Assembly: GCA_963715025.1 (NCBI GenBank)
Contig: CAVQQQ010000003.1
Coordinates: 406,984 to 470,983 of the forward strand
Direction: 5' to 3'
Length of the DNA stretch: 64,000 nucleotides
From: an uncultured Actinomycetota bacterium
GTDB taxonomy: Bacteria > Actinomycetota > Actinomycetes > Actinomycetales > Dermatophilaceae
Below, piece by piece: positions 19,347 to 28,384 of the stretch. Position 1 is the first letter of the stretch. Each line of letters opens with the position of its first letter. The notes under the pieces were generated by a model. That model worked only from the letters and a program-made list of their open reading frames with translations. It ran no database searches and was not told the origin of the DNA. A program made the translations under genes and the position numbers.

Positions 19347-20892
19347 CCCAGTGCCACCTGAGCAGAGCGCCCTGGGGCGTGGCGAGCTGCAGGAGAAGGC
19401 GATTCGAGGTGCAGCGTGGACCTTGCTCCACACCCTTGTGTCCGTGCCGTTGGCATTTGCGGTGAACCTGGTCGTGGCTCGAGTACTTGGCGTGGCCGAC
19501 TTCGGCCGCCTCGCCTACCTGTCAATGGTGATGGACGTCGCTTCCGGCGTCGTGGCTCTGGGCATCGGATCAGCCCTGGTGCAGTTCGGTGCCAAGGCGC
19601 ACGCCGCAGGGCGAAGGGAGGAGGTGCGTCAGCTTCTGTCCGCCTCGCAGGGCTTCCGTTTGCTGGTGGCCGCGCCGCTGCTCTCCCTCATGGTGGTCGC
19701 CCTGGTGCGGGTGGACGTCACCTTCCTCCTGCTCGCCATTGCCTTCGGCATCTGGGTTCCGAGCGCGCTCGACGGTGCCCTGGCGTGCATCACCATCGAG
19801 AACAAGACCGAGGCCGGAGCCAAGGTCGCCATGGTGACCAACCTGATTCTCCAAGTAGCGGTAGTGGTGACGCTTCTGTGGTTCGGTACCGCGGACGCCG
19901 TGTGGTCCGCGCGGTTGCTCGTCACCGGCGCCTTGGTCGCGCTGGCCCTCGTCCCCATCGCGTCCGACTATCGCCGTGCCGTAGTCCGGCCTGCGCTGCC
20001 ACGGTTCTCGCGGGAGTTCATGAGGTATGCCATTCCGACGGGGGTCGCGGGCTTGGTCGCGTGGCTGGTGCTGTCGCGGACGGAGGTCTTCTTCCTGAAC
20101 TGGCTCTCGAGCGCCGGCGCAGTGGGAATCTTCGCGCTGGCATTCGGCATCGCCCAGCACGTCTTCGCCCCAGGACAGGCTCTGATCGGCCCCCTGATTC
20201 CGGCTGTCTCCGGCTTGCGTGAGGTCGACGCCGAAGCAGTTGCCCCGGCCTTCTTGCGGACGATGCGGGCAACATCGACCATCATCGGGCTGTTGTGCGC
20301 CTCGGCACTCCCCCTGGTGTCAGTTCTCATCCCCGTGCTCTATGGGAAGCAGTACAGCGCTTCCGCGCCCATGTTGCTCGTCCTGGGCATATCCGCTGGA
20401 CTCCTGGTAGCGGCCGGACCGGTGTCGGCCTTCGTCATGGCCAGACTGTCTGCCCGCCGGATGCTGTCTGCGAACCTCTTCGCACTCGCGGTCGATGTAG
20501 GAGCCGCCATCAGTCTGGTCCCCGTATGGGGCGCTTGGGGTGCAGTGATCGCCAACATCAGTGGCGCCATGACACGGTTGGGGTTTCTGCTCGTCGACGA
20601 GGTGCGCCACCTGCGGTTGGACCCGCGGGTCGTCGCACACGCCCTTCTCCCCGTGGGCTCCGGCGCGATTGCCTGTGGACTGGCCTGGGCTGGGGCGGCG
20701 GCAATCTCCTTCAATCCAGTGGCGCGGGCTGTGGCGGCCGGCGCGCTGGGCATGGTCGTCTTCGCCCTTCTGCTGAGGCTGAGTGGCTCAGGTCTGGCAG
20801 CTGATGACGCGGCGGTGATCGGGCGCGCCGCGCCTAGGGGAACGAGGCGACTCGCAAGGTTGACTCTGAGAGTCCTCACGGTTGCGCGCTAG
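19339..20892 (+). CDS. wzx: Polysaccharide flippase (MOP/Wzx family)
   Basis: ATG at 19339 overlaps the upstream stop (ATGGCTGA). The N-terminus LQEKAIRGAAWTLLHTLVSVPLAFAVNLVVARVLGVADFGRLAYL is typical of the polysaccharide biosynthesis protein family. About 12-14 TM segments. Confidence 0.8.
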   Translation: MADPVPPEQSALGRGELQEKAIRGAAWTLLHTLVSVPLAFAVNLVVARVLGVADFGRLAYLSMVMDVASGVVALGIGSALVQFGAKAHAAGRREEVRQLLSASQGFRLLVAAPLLSLMVVALVRVDVTFLLLAIAFGIWVPSALDGALACITIENKTEAGAKVAMVTNLILQVAVVVTLLWFGTADAVWSARLLVTGALVALALVPIASDYRRAVVRPALPRFSREFMRYAIPTGVAGLVAWLVLSRTEVFFLNWLSSAGAVGIFALAFGIAQHVFAPGQALIGPLIPAVSGLREVDAEAVAPAFLRTMRATSTIIGLLCASALPLVSVLIPVLYGKQYSASAPMLLVLGISAGLLVAAGPVSAFVMARLSARRMLSANLFALAVDVGAAISLVPVWGAWGAVIANISGAMTRLGFLLVDEVRHLRLDPRVVAHALLPVGSGAIACGLAWAGAAAISFNPVARAVAAGALGMVVFALLLRLSGSGLAADDAAVIGRAAPRGTRRLARLTLRVLTVAR

Positions 20893-21851
20893 GGTGCAGC
20901 CGCCCAGGTGACCGCTTTTGCCGCCAGCCAGCGAGGCGCCTGTCCGTACCGTCCTCGCGCATGGTCTGACAGAGCGACACTGATGATGACAAGCCGGCGC
21001 GCCGCCTGCTTCCACTCGTGTCGACGGACCCGCCCGGTCACATCGGGTGCGACGTGCCGCCGAAGGAACCGCACGGCCTCCATGAGGGAACCCCCACGGG
21101 CCTGGCGGCCGAACAACACACCGTTTCGCGCGTAGTAATAGGTGCCCAAGTACGAGAGCGCGCCGGTGAAGGAGGCTGACACCGTGTGGTGGACGACTAC
21201 CCGATTGTCGACCACCAGGCCGACGCCAGCCCCCACGGCGCGCACGCTCCACTCAGAGTCCTCGAAGTTGAGGAAGTAACGCTCGTCGAAGAGCCCCACG
21301 CGACGCCACGTCTCCGCCGATGCGGTGATGCAGCAGCCGGTCAAGACCTCCGTAGGGATCAGGCCGCCGGAGTCGGCGACTCGCGAGTTGAGTTCAGCCG
21401 TCGAGAGGTGACGCGCCAGATTGGTGTCTGCGTCGATCGCACCGCCACCGAACCACACTCGCTCGCTGCCATCCGCGTAGCGGATCTCTGGGCTCACCGC
21501 GACCTCCCCGCCCATCGCGACGTCGCAGAGGGCAGCCATGGCACTCGGTGGCACCACGGTGTCGTTGTTCAGAACCGTGATGGTTGAGGCACCTCGCGCC
21601 AGTGCCCAACGCAGGCCATGGTTCATACCCCCGGTGAAGCCGAGGTTCGACCCCGTCTGAAGGGTCGTCACACCGGGCCACCTCCCGGCCACCTCCTCCA
21701 CCGTCCCGTCGAGTGAGCCGTTGTCGATCACGGCGACGTGTGCCTCGGGGGATCCCGCGAGCAGGGACCCCACACAGGCCAACGTGTCTGACTTGCCGTT
21801 GAAGGACAGCACGAGAACGACGTGTTCGAGCGGTGGGTTCGGATCGGTCAT
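20889..21851 (-). CDS. Glycosyltransferase family 2
   Basis: From ATG at 21851, overlapping the upstream stop: VVLVLSFNGKSDTLACVGSLL...VIDNGSLDGTVEEV...GSNLGFTGGMNHGLRWA...VLNNDTVV...FLNFEDSEWSVRA. Confidence 0.8.
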   Translation of the reverse strand: MTDPNPPLEHVVLVLSFNGKSDTLACVGSLLAGSPEAHVAVIDNGSLDGTVEEVAGRWPGVTTLQTGSNLGFTGGMNHGLRWALARGASTITVLNNDTVVPPSAMAALCDVAMGGEVAVSPEIRYADGSERVWFGGGAIDADTNLARHLSTAELNSRVADSGGLIPTEVLTGCCITASAETWRRVGLFDERYFLNFEDSEWSVRAVGAGVGLVVDNRVVVHHTVSASFTGALSYLGTYYYARNGVLFGRQARGGSLMEAVRFLRRHVAPDVTGRVRRHEWKQAARRLVIISVALSDHARGRYGQAPRWLAAKAVTWAAAP

Positions 21852-22967
21852 CGGTCCCCCAGAGGCCGACGCCCCGCTGGCCAGCTGGCCCGGCGACGCG
21901 AACGCCCGCTGCGATAGAGCGCTTCGTACTGGTCGACCACTCGGCCGAGGCTGAAGAGGCCTGCGCGATTCAGGCCAGCGGCAGCCAGGGAGTCGCGCCG
22001 TTGCTCGTCGGTCAGCACCTCGACCAGTGCCGGACCGAGGTCGTCGAGCTCGGCCAGCACTCCGGCCCGCCCCTCGTCGAGGACGTAGCGCGCGCCGACG
22101 TTCGGGGTGGCGAGCACCGGCAGTCCAGTGGCGAGGGCCTCGGCGTAGGGGATCCCGAAACCCTCGTAGGCGGAGGGCAGGCAGAAGGCCCAGACCCCGG
22201 CATACGCCCGCGCCAGCTCCTCGTCGCCGAGCCGCCCGAGCACCTTGATTCCCTCCCCTGGCTCCGGCAGGCGCATCCTGGGTGACCATCCACAGCTCGG
22301 CGTCGGGCACGACAGGTCGCACCTCCTCGCGGAAGATCCGCGCCAACTCGCCGCCCCGCTTGCGCCCGAACCAGGTGCCGACGAACAGCACCGTGGGACG
22401 CTCCGATTGGAGACCCGGCCGCGGATGGAAGCGCCTGGTATCGACGCCATTGGGGATGACTGTCTTGACCCAGGGAGTCCAGCGCCGTGTGGTCGGGGAG
22501 ACCACGACGGTCTGGTCCGCGAGCAGGCTTGCCAGGACCTCGCTGAAGCCGAGGAGCACCATGCGCACCCGCTCCTTGAACCCCGTGATGCGCAGTGCCT
22601 CCTCAAAGCACGACCCGTGCAGGGTGCGCACATGCAAGGGCACCCGCCGGCGCCACATCCAGTAGTCGTCTCCGTGGGCATGGAGCACGTCGTAGGACGA
22701 GAAGTCGGTGCGTCGGAGGGTGGTGGCGAAGCGGAACGTCCGCAGTGCGCCGGACAGCTGCACCTGACGGTGGCCGTAGATGGCTCCCTCCACAGGAGGG
22801 CATTCGCTGAAGACGTCCACGTGGTGGCCGCGCCGCACGAGCTCGGTCGCGAGCTCGTGAACCTGGTAGCCGACACCGATCTTGCTCCCGCTCGGCAGGT
22901 AGTAGGAGATCATCGCGATGCGCAGCGGCGGGTCGGCGGCAGTTGCTCCAGCGGCCTCAGCGGTCAC
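21848..22967 (-). pseudogene. Glycosyltransferase family 4 with one net +1 frame break near 22271
   Basis: The N-terminal half lies in ORF 20889..22967 (LRIAMISYYLPSGSKIGVGYQVHELATELVRRGHHVDVF...AELWMVTQDA). The C-terminal half lies in ORF 21848..22876 (PEPGEGIKVLGRLGDEELARAYAGVWAFCLPSAYEGFGIPYAEALATGLPVLAT). Confidence 0.75.
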
Positions 22968-24090
22968 CCGTCAGCCCTGCCTGCAGCGCCTCGAGCCATG
23001 CCCGCCCGAACTTGAGGTCTGGCTCCAGGTGGTTGCCCTCGGCCCACTCGTTCCACGACTTGACCCACAGGATGCGCTCCTGCTCCGGTCGGTCCCGGAT
23101 CGACGCGACGGCCGCCTCGACGTTGCGCTGGAACTTCTTCGGCGTCGCGCCGGTCAGGACGAGCCCGCCCCGGCCCGAGCGTGGCGAGTTGTCCCAGTTC
23201 GGATAGACGCAGGGCTGCACCCGCGGCCCCCACATTGCCGGAGTGGCCGGGGTGTCGGAGTAGGGATAGATCTCGGGGCCGCCAAGGCCCTTGCGGACGG
23301 CCCGCATGCGCGCGACCGTGGCTTTGGTGCGCACGGCCGGCAGTCGCATGTAGACACCCGCGTCGAACCCGTCGGACTCGGCAGTGGTGTAGCGCGGGCC
23401 CGCACCGACCAGATCACTTACCTCCGCCGCCAGGTAGAGCCCCGGCAGGCCCGCCGTGCGCGCCATCGACTGCCACCGGTCCACGAACGCTGCGGGGTCA
23501 GGCAGCTCCTCGGGCCGGAAGACGTAGAACACGGGACGGTCGCCCACCCGGAAGTAGCGCTCGTCGCGGAACGCGGGCAGCACGGTCTGGAAGTGGGCGG
23601 CGTCGTCTTCGGTGCCGGGGTAGAGCTGCTCCTGGAGCACCCGGTCCTTCGCGCCATGCCAGATGCCGGTCCAGGTCTGGTTGGCCCACGCGAGGCAGAA
23701 GGAGATCTCCGGGCTGCCACTCGCCAGCACCTCCTGGAACGGGCGCTCAAGAATGCGCTCCCCGTGCCCGAACCAGTAGTGCCAGTACGCGAACGCCTCC
23801 ACCCCGTGCCCGCGCGCCAGGTCGCTCTGCGCCTGCCGGGTCTCGGGAACCCGCAGGTCGTAGAAGCCGAGCTCTGAGGGCAGGGTGGGCTGCTCATGGC
23901 CCGGGAACAGGCGCCGCGCACGGGCGGCGTTTGTCCACTCGGTGAAGCCGGGCCCCCACCACTCGTCGTTCTGCGGGATGGGGAAGTACTGCGGCAGGTA
24001 GAACGCCACCGCCCGTGCCTGCAGGTCCAAGTTCTCCCCTTTGTATGCCGCCGCGGCGAGGCACAGCATAACGACCGCAGGTGTGGTCAC
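22957..24090 (-). CDS. WbsX-like / GH99-like domain protein (glycosyl transferase or hydrolase of unclear activity)
   Basis: VAFYLPQYFPIPQNDEWWGPGFTEWTNAARA..., FAYWHYWFGHGERILERPFQEVL, NWDNSPRSG and SWNEWAEGNHLEPD match my recollection of the Glyco_tran_WbsX family. Confidence 0.65.
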   Translation of the reverse strand: MTTPAVVMLCLAAAAYKGENLDLQARAVAFYLPQYFPIPQNDEWWGPGFTEWTNAARARRLFPGHEQPTLPSELGFYDLRVPETRQAQSDLARGHGVEAFAYWHYWFGHGERILERPFQEVLASGSPEISFCLAWANQTWTGIWHGAKDRVLQEQLYPGTEDDAAHFQTVLPAFRDERYFRVGDRPVFYVFRPEELPDPAAFVDRWQSMARTAGLPGLYLAAEVSDLVGAGPRYTTAESDGFDAGVYMRLPAVRTKATVARMRAVRKGLGGPEIYPYSDTPATPAMWGPRVQPCVYPNWDNSPRSGRGGLVLTGATPKKFQRNVEAAVASIRDRPEQERILWVKSWNEWAEGNHLEPDLKFGRAWLEALQAGLTGDR

Positions 24091-24127
24091 CTGAGCGTGC
24101 GTCCGCCTACCTGGGCGGTATGCCGGG

Positions 24128-24895
24128 TTATCCCTCGGGCGATTGCGTCACCCGTGTGCCACTGCCGTTCCCTCGGTGGGCGGCGTGCCCCGGCCTCGGA
24201 AGTCGGCACACCACCCCCGCGATCGCGGCAACCGTGCCCACCAAGAGCACGGAGGCGATGACGTCGCTCGGCAGGTGGGCGTAGCCGACGACGTTGCCCC
24301 CCGCAGCGATGGCCCCGAGGACAAGCGCCGCCCACAGGAGCCAAGGTCGCCTCGGTGGGCTCCACAGAACGACGACGGCAACCAGGACCGAGGTGACGGC
24401 GGCCATGTGCGTCGACGGGAGAGTGTTGTGAGCGTACCCGAGCCATCCGTAGTCAGGTCGCGCCAGCAGGCGGAGTCGAAGGACCAGTGCCAGCGCCGTG
24501 GACGCACCGATCGTGAGCGCCGAGAAGGTGGCTTCCCGCCATCGGCCGCTGGCAAGCGCGACAAGCGAGAGCAGCAGCGCTGCCGCCCCGAGGGAGGGTG
24601 GCATCGCCCGCCTGCCGAGGGCTGGGAGCCAGGACGCGAGGGGGCCCTCGGCTGCCTTCTGCGCGAGGCCGAAGGCCTGGGCGTCGATCCACTGGCCGGG
24701 CTGGGTCGCCACGAAGATGCCGTAGACCGCCATGAACCCGAGCGCGGAAAGCCCGGATATCTGCAGCAGCGCCGGCCGGTCACCGGCCGAGGCCCGCTCT
24801 GCGATGCTGCGGCCGTGGGTGGCAACGCTACGGCCACAGGCGCGGAGCCTGCGGCCGTAGGGACCAAGGCTGCGGTCCGGCATCGCTGCCGTCAT
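24128..24895 (-). CDS. PAP2-superfamily membrane phosphatase-like protein
   Basis: Degenerate PAP2 motifs RLRLLARP, LPSTHMA and YAHLPSDVIAS within a polytopic membrane protein. The start overlaps the PTP stop (ATGA). Confidence 0.6.
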   Translation of the reverse strand: MTAAMPDRSLGPYGRRLRACGRSVATHGRSIAERASAGDRPALLQISGLSALGFMAVYGIFVATQPGQWIDAQAFGLAQKAAEGPLASWLPALGRRAMPPSLGAAALLLSLVALASGRWREATFSALTIGASTALALVLRLRLLARPDYGWLGYAHNTLPSTHMAAVTSVLVAVVVLWSPPRRPWLLWAALVLGAIAAGGNVVGYAHLPSDVIASVLLVGTVAAIAGVVCRLPRPGHAAHRGNGSGTRVTQSPEG

Positions 24896-25539
24896 CCCAC
24901 GATGGCGCGATAGACCGGGTCGGCCGCGGCCAGTATTTGGCGGAAGACCCGCTCGTAGACCTCTGGGTGTCGGCCATAGGGGTCTTCGATGTCATCGAGT
25001 TCGGGGTCCACATAGGTGCGATGCGCTACGGCCAGCGGCACCAGCTCCTTGAGGCGGCGAGACATCGTCGCCCCAGGACCCGCGCGCCAGGCGACCTCTC
25101 CCGGGGTCACAGCCTCGACCGCCCGGGAGAGTTCGAGCAAGGTGAAGGTGTGGCGCACCGCGGCTGGGTACATCGTGACCGCCGCCGCGCGGTGCCTGCG
25201 GGTGAAGCCGACGACGAGGTCAGCCCTCTTGATCAGTTCCGGCTCTAGCTGTCGTGCTGCGAACCCGTTCGTGTCCACGCCGTGGGTACGAAGCAGTTCC
25301 GCCATCGGCGGATGAATCGGCGCTCCGACAACGGCTCGAAGTCCGGCGCTGCTCACCAGCACCCCGCTTTCGGCGCCCAGCGCTGCAGCCAGAACGCGCT
25401 CGAAGGCCGGCGAACGGCAGATGTTCCCCGTGCAGACGACAAGGACGCTGAACGGTGGATCCAGGACAAATCGGACGTCTTCGACGCTGCCTCTCGTCGA
25501 TTCGTCTGGGTTGGCGCTTGCCGTGTCCTGAGTCGTCAC
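24892..25539 (-). CDS. Low-molecular-weight protein-tyrosine phosphatase (Wzb-like)
   Basis: VLVVCTGNICRSPAFERVL (CX5R-S P-loop) and DIEDPYG (Asp general-acid loop). GTG start at 25539. Confidence 0.85.
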   Translation of the reverse strand: MTTQDTASANPDESTRGSVEDVRFVLDPPFSVLVVCTGNICRSPAFERVLAAALGAESGVLVSSAGLRAVVGAPIHPPMAELLRTHGVDTNGFAARQLEPELIKRADLVVGFTRRHRAAAVTMYPAAVRHTFTLLELSRAVEAVTPGEVAWRAGPGATMSRRLKELVPLAVAHRTYVDPELDDIEDPYGRHPEVYERVFRQILAAADPVYRAIVG

Positions 25540-25735
25540 GTCATCCCCTCAGCGTGTTGTGCGGCGAGGCCCAGCATGGCCTACCGTCCCCTGGCCGGAG
25601 ACCTCATGATCAGTGTGGTCAGCCAGTCGTGTCGCGTTGCCAAGACTTAACAATTCCGGGCGGCACGCTCTGCTAGTCTCCCTCGCAGCGGGCCCGGAGT
25701 GCCCGATTGGTGGATTTCATTCGAGGGGCGCAAAC

Positions 25736-26236
25736 ATGCAGGACATTCTCAAGAGCGGCATCTCCCGTCGCACCGTGGTCAAGGGCGCCGCGTGGTCGGT
25801 GCCGGCTGTCGTCGTGGCGGGGGCCGCTCCGGCATATGCAGCTACGCCTATCGTCACGATCGGCGTCGGGCTCGCGTGCAAGCACCCGGGCAACGGTGAC
25901 ACCAAGCACTACCACTTCGAGCTCACGGTCACCAACAACGGTGGGGCCACAACGACGGTCACGATCTCCGAGATCACGCTCGTGCCCACGTCCGGTCAGA
26001 CGGTGACCTTCGCCGAGCCGGCACCGTTCGACGTTCCCGCGCACTCGAGCGTGTGTGTCGTCGTCGACTCGGACATCACGTCGAACTCGTCCAACGGAAC
26101 CCTGGTTGTCAGCTACGACTTCACCCTGGAGGGCGGCGGCACCGGCCACTTCGAAGCTGCCATCGACGTGGGCTCCCTGCCTCCGTGCCAACCGCAGGGT
26201 GTGCCCGACTTCCCGCACCCCGGCTACACCTGCTGA
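25736..26236 (+). CDS. Small Tat-signal secreted protein, no recognisable family
   Basis: MQDILKSGISRRTVVKGAAWSVPAVVVAGAAPAYA-ATP has a twin-arginine motif, an h-region and an AYA cleavage site. The mature part is beta-rich (HYHFELTVTNNGGATTTVTISEITLVP) with four Cys, one of them the C-terminal residue. Confidence 0.6.
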   Translation: MQDILKSGISRRTVVKGAAWSVPAVVVAGAAPAYAATPIVTIGVGLACKHPGNGDTKHYHFELTVTNNGGATTTVTISEITLVPTSGQTVTFAEPAPFDVPAHSSVCVVVDSDITSNSSNGTLVVSYDFTLEGGGTGHFEAAIDVGSLPPCQPQGVPDFPHPGYTC

Positions 26237-26252
26237 CCCAGTTCACACCTAA

Positions 26253-26287
26253 AGGCCGCTCCTGCCTCGCGACGGCGGGAGCGGCCT
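26253..26287 (+). terminator. Hairpin terminator candidate after the Tat-signal protein gene
   Basis: AGGCCGCTCC (26253-26262) pairs perfectly with GGAGCGGCCT (26278-26287) over a 15-nt loop. It is followed by GCTCTTTGTC and begins 17 nt after the stop codon. Confidence 0.5.
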
Positions 26288-26327
26288 GCTCTTTGTCGCG
26301 ATCACCTTGCCGAGAGTGAACCAGCTC

Positions 26328-27509
26328 ATGACCGACGGATCGACGGCCACCGAGTCCGGGCACACGGAAGCGAGCAACGACGCGCTCGTCGTGCAGATTC
26401 TGGACACTGTCTTCTCCCTCCACATTGACAGTCCTGTGCTCCGTGACCGACTAGGCGAAGAGTGGTCCCGCTGTGTTGTCACCCCGGCTGCCAGCGACGT
26501 GGTTACCGAGCTGACCATCAATGAGGGTCCGACCATCGAGGTCACGGCCTACGCCGTCGCTTCACGCCTCACCGGGCTGGGCATTCGGGGTCTGCGCGGC
26601 CGGAGCGTCATGCTGCACGCGGCCGGGCTGGCCGACGACACCGGACACGTGCTCGTCCTCGTGGCGCCGTCGGGGCGCGGCAAGACCACGGCCGCCGTCA
26701 GCCTGGCCACGCGCGGACTTCGCTACGTCACTGACGAGACAGTGGCGATCGACCCTGATGGATCGGTCGTCCCCTATCCGAAGCCGGTCGCGTTCGTCGA
26801 CCAGGCCGCATCAACCGGACCGAAGATGCAGCACAGTCCCGATGCTCTGGGGATGGGCGTTGCACCGCCGAACCTCCGCCTCTCGCGCCTGCTGCTCATC
26901 AACCGCCAGCCCGAGTTCTCCTCAACTCCGCGGATCGAACGGCGCACACTCATCGACGGCCTCCTCGACGTCATCCCTCAGACGTCATCCCTCGCCCGTC
27001 TCAGCCGCCCCCTCCAGACCCTGTGCCGCATCGTCGACCGCTCGGCAGGCATCCACGAGCTGACCTACGCCGAGATCGACGACGCAGTGCCGCTTCTGGT
27101 CGACTTCCTGTCAGCGGAGTGCCGGGATGAAGACCGCAGCGATTGGGACGCGGTTCTCCCGGACGGGGCGGCCCCCGACGACATGGGCTGGGCCCTTCTC
27201 GACGGGCGCATTCGCCGCAGACCCCTCGCGGATGCCATCCAATCCGGTGACGAGGTGCTCCTCATGGTGGCCGACACGCCGATCAAGCTGAGCGGCATCG
27301 GTTTGACGATCTGGGAGGCGTGTCGTGTAGCGGCCACCCCCGAGGAGGTTCTCGCCGCAGTGGTGGACGTCCATGGGGAGCACCCCGAGGCGGATCGTCT
27401 GACGAGGCAGGCCTTGGACGGGCTGTCGTCCGCCGGCGTTCTGGCATGGGGCGCCCCTTGCTCACTCGCAGACATCCTCGCCGGCCGTCTGGGTAGCATG
27501 CCTTCGTGA
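26328..27509 (+). CDS. HPr-kinase-like P-loop protein fused to a C-terminal PqqD/RRE-like domain
   Basis: P-loop region SVMLHAAGLADDTGHVLVLVAPSGRGKTTAAVSLATRGLRYVTDETVAID. C-terminal LLMVADTPIKLSGIGLTIWEACRVAATPEEVLAAVVDVHGEHPEADRLTRQALDGLSSAGVL. I prefer ATG at 26328; TTG at 26307 and GTG at 26316 are alternatives. Confidence 0.65.
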   Translation: MTDGSTATESGHTEASNDALVVQILDTVFSLHIDSPVLRDRLGEEWSRCVVTPAASDVVTELTINEGPTIEVTAYAVASRLTGLGIRGLRGRSVMLHAAGLADDTGHVLVLVAPSGRGKTTAAVSLATRGLRYVTDETVAIDPDGSVVPYPKPVAFVDQAASTGPKMQHSPDALGMGVAPPNLRLSRLLLINRQPEFSSTPRIERRTLIDGLLDVIPQTSSLARLSRPLQTLCRIVDRSAGIHELTYAEIDDAVPLLVDFLSAECRDEDRSDWDAVLPDGAAPDDMGWALLDGRIRRRPLADAIQSGDEVLLMVADTPIKLSGIGLTIWEACRVAATPEEVLAAVVDVHGEHPEADRLTRQALDGLSSAGVLAWGAPCSLADILAGRLGSMPS

Positions 27510-28384
27510 CGGGGACCACGGCGCATGTACCGCTGGTGATCCGTGTGGCCATCGGCCACGCCGCGGCACAGCACATCGCGGAGACCGAGGGCATCGATGT
27601 GCTCCACATCAAGGGTCCTGCCCTCGACCCGTCGCTCACCTGGCCAGGACGCGAGGGCACTGACGCCGACATCCTGGTGCGCTTCTCGGATGCGCGAGCC
27701 ATGGTGTCGGCCTTGGAGCGTTCCGGATGGGAGCTGCGCTCCCGCTTCGAGAGCAGTTCGGCCTTCCAGCACTCGGCTACGCTGTGGCACCCCCACTGGG
27801 GCTATCTCGACGTGCACCGCTACTTCCCCGGCATCCAGGCACCACCCGATCTGGCGTTCAGCCGCCTCTGGTCGGAACGCACCACAGCCGAAATTGCCGG
27901 GGTGGCCTGCCCAGTCCCGAACCTTGCCGGCCAGATCCTCATCGTGCTCCTGCACGCAGCGCGTTCAGGGGGCAACCCCCGCGCCCATCGTGACATCCAG
28001 ACGGCTTGGGAAACGCTTCCGCCGGCGCGACGGGTGGACGTCACCGACCTTGTCGACGAGCTCGATGCGCACGTCGGTTTCGCCGCAGCCACGGGACACC
28101 TCGATGACTTCCGCCGCGCGCGCGAGTACGACCTGTGGTCGATCGCCTCACGGGGGGGAACCCGCTTCCAGGAGTGGCGAGCCCGAGTCAAGGCCGCACC
28201 CACCCGCCGCGAGGGCGTGTGGATCGCGTTACACGCGGCCCTGGTCAACACCGACCATCTGGCGATGCTCCTCGGCCGGAGGCCGACCGGGCGCGAGGTG
28301 GTCCGGGAGTTCTTCGCCAGGCCTGCCCGCGGCGTAAAGCAGTCGTGGCAGGATCGCCGAGCGCATCGGGGCACCCGTCAATGA
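27506..28384 (+). CDS. Uncharacterised nucleotidyltransferase family protein (NTP_transf_5-like)
   Basis: GTG at 27506 overlaps the upstream stop (GTGA). VLHIKGPALDPSL...GREGTDADILVRFSDARAMVSALERSGWE resembles the PF14907 family as I recall it. Confidence 0.6.
   Translation: MTGTTAHVPLVIRVAIGHAAAQHIAETEGIDVLHIKGPALDPSLTWPGREGTDADILVRFSDARAMVSALERSGWELRSRFESSSAFQHSATLWHPHWGYLDVHRYFPGIQAPPDLAFSRLWSERTTAEIAGVACPVPNLAGQILIVLLHAARSGGNPRAHRDIQTAWETLPPARRVDVTDLVDELDAHVGFAAATGHLDDFRRAREYDLWSIASRGGTRFQEWRARVKAAPTRREGVWIALHAALVNTDHLAMLLGRRPTGREVVREFFARPARGVKQSWQDRRAHRGTRQ

Noticed and set aside
25576-25650. A 24-codon ORF (MAYRPLAGDLMISVVSQSCRVAKT) in the PTP / Tat-protein intergenic region, considered as a possible RiPP precursor for the PqqD proteins.
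   Set aside because: There is no ribosome-binding site that I can see. Third-position G+C is only about 75% by hand count. The ORF lies in what looks like the promoter region and has no leader/core features. It is unsupported without conservation data.
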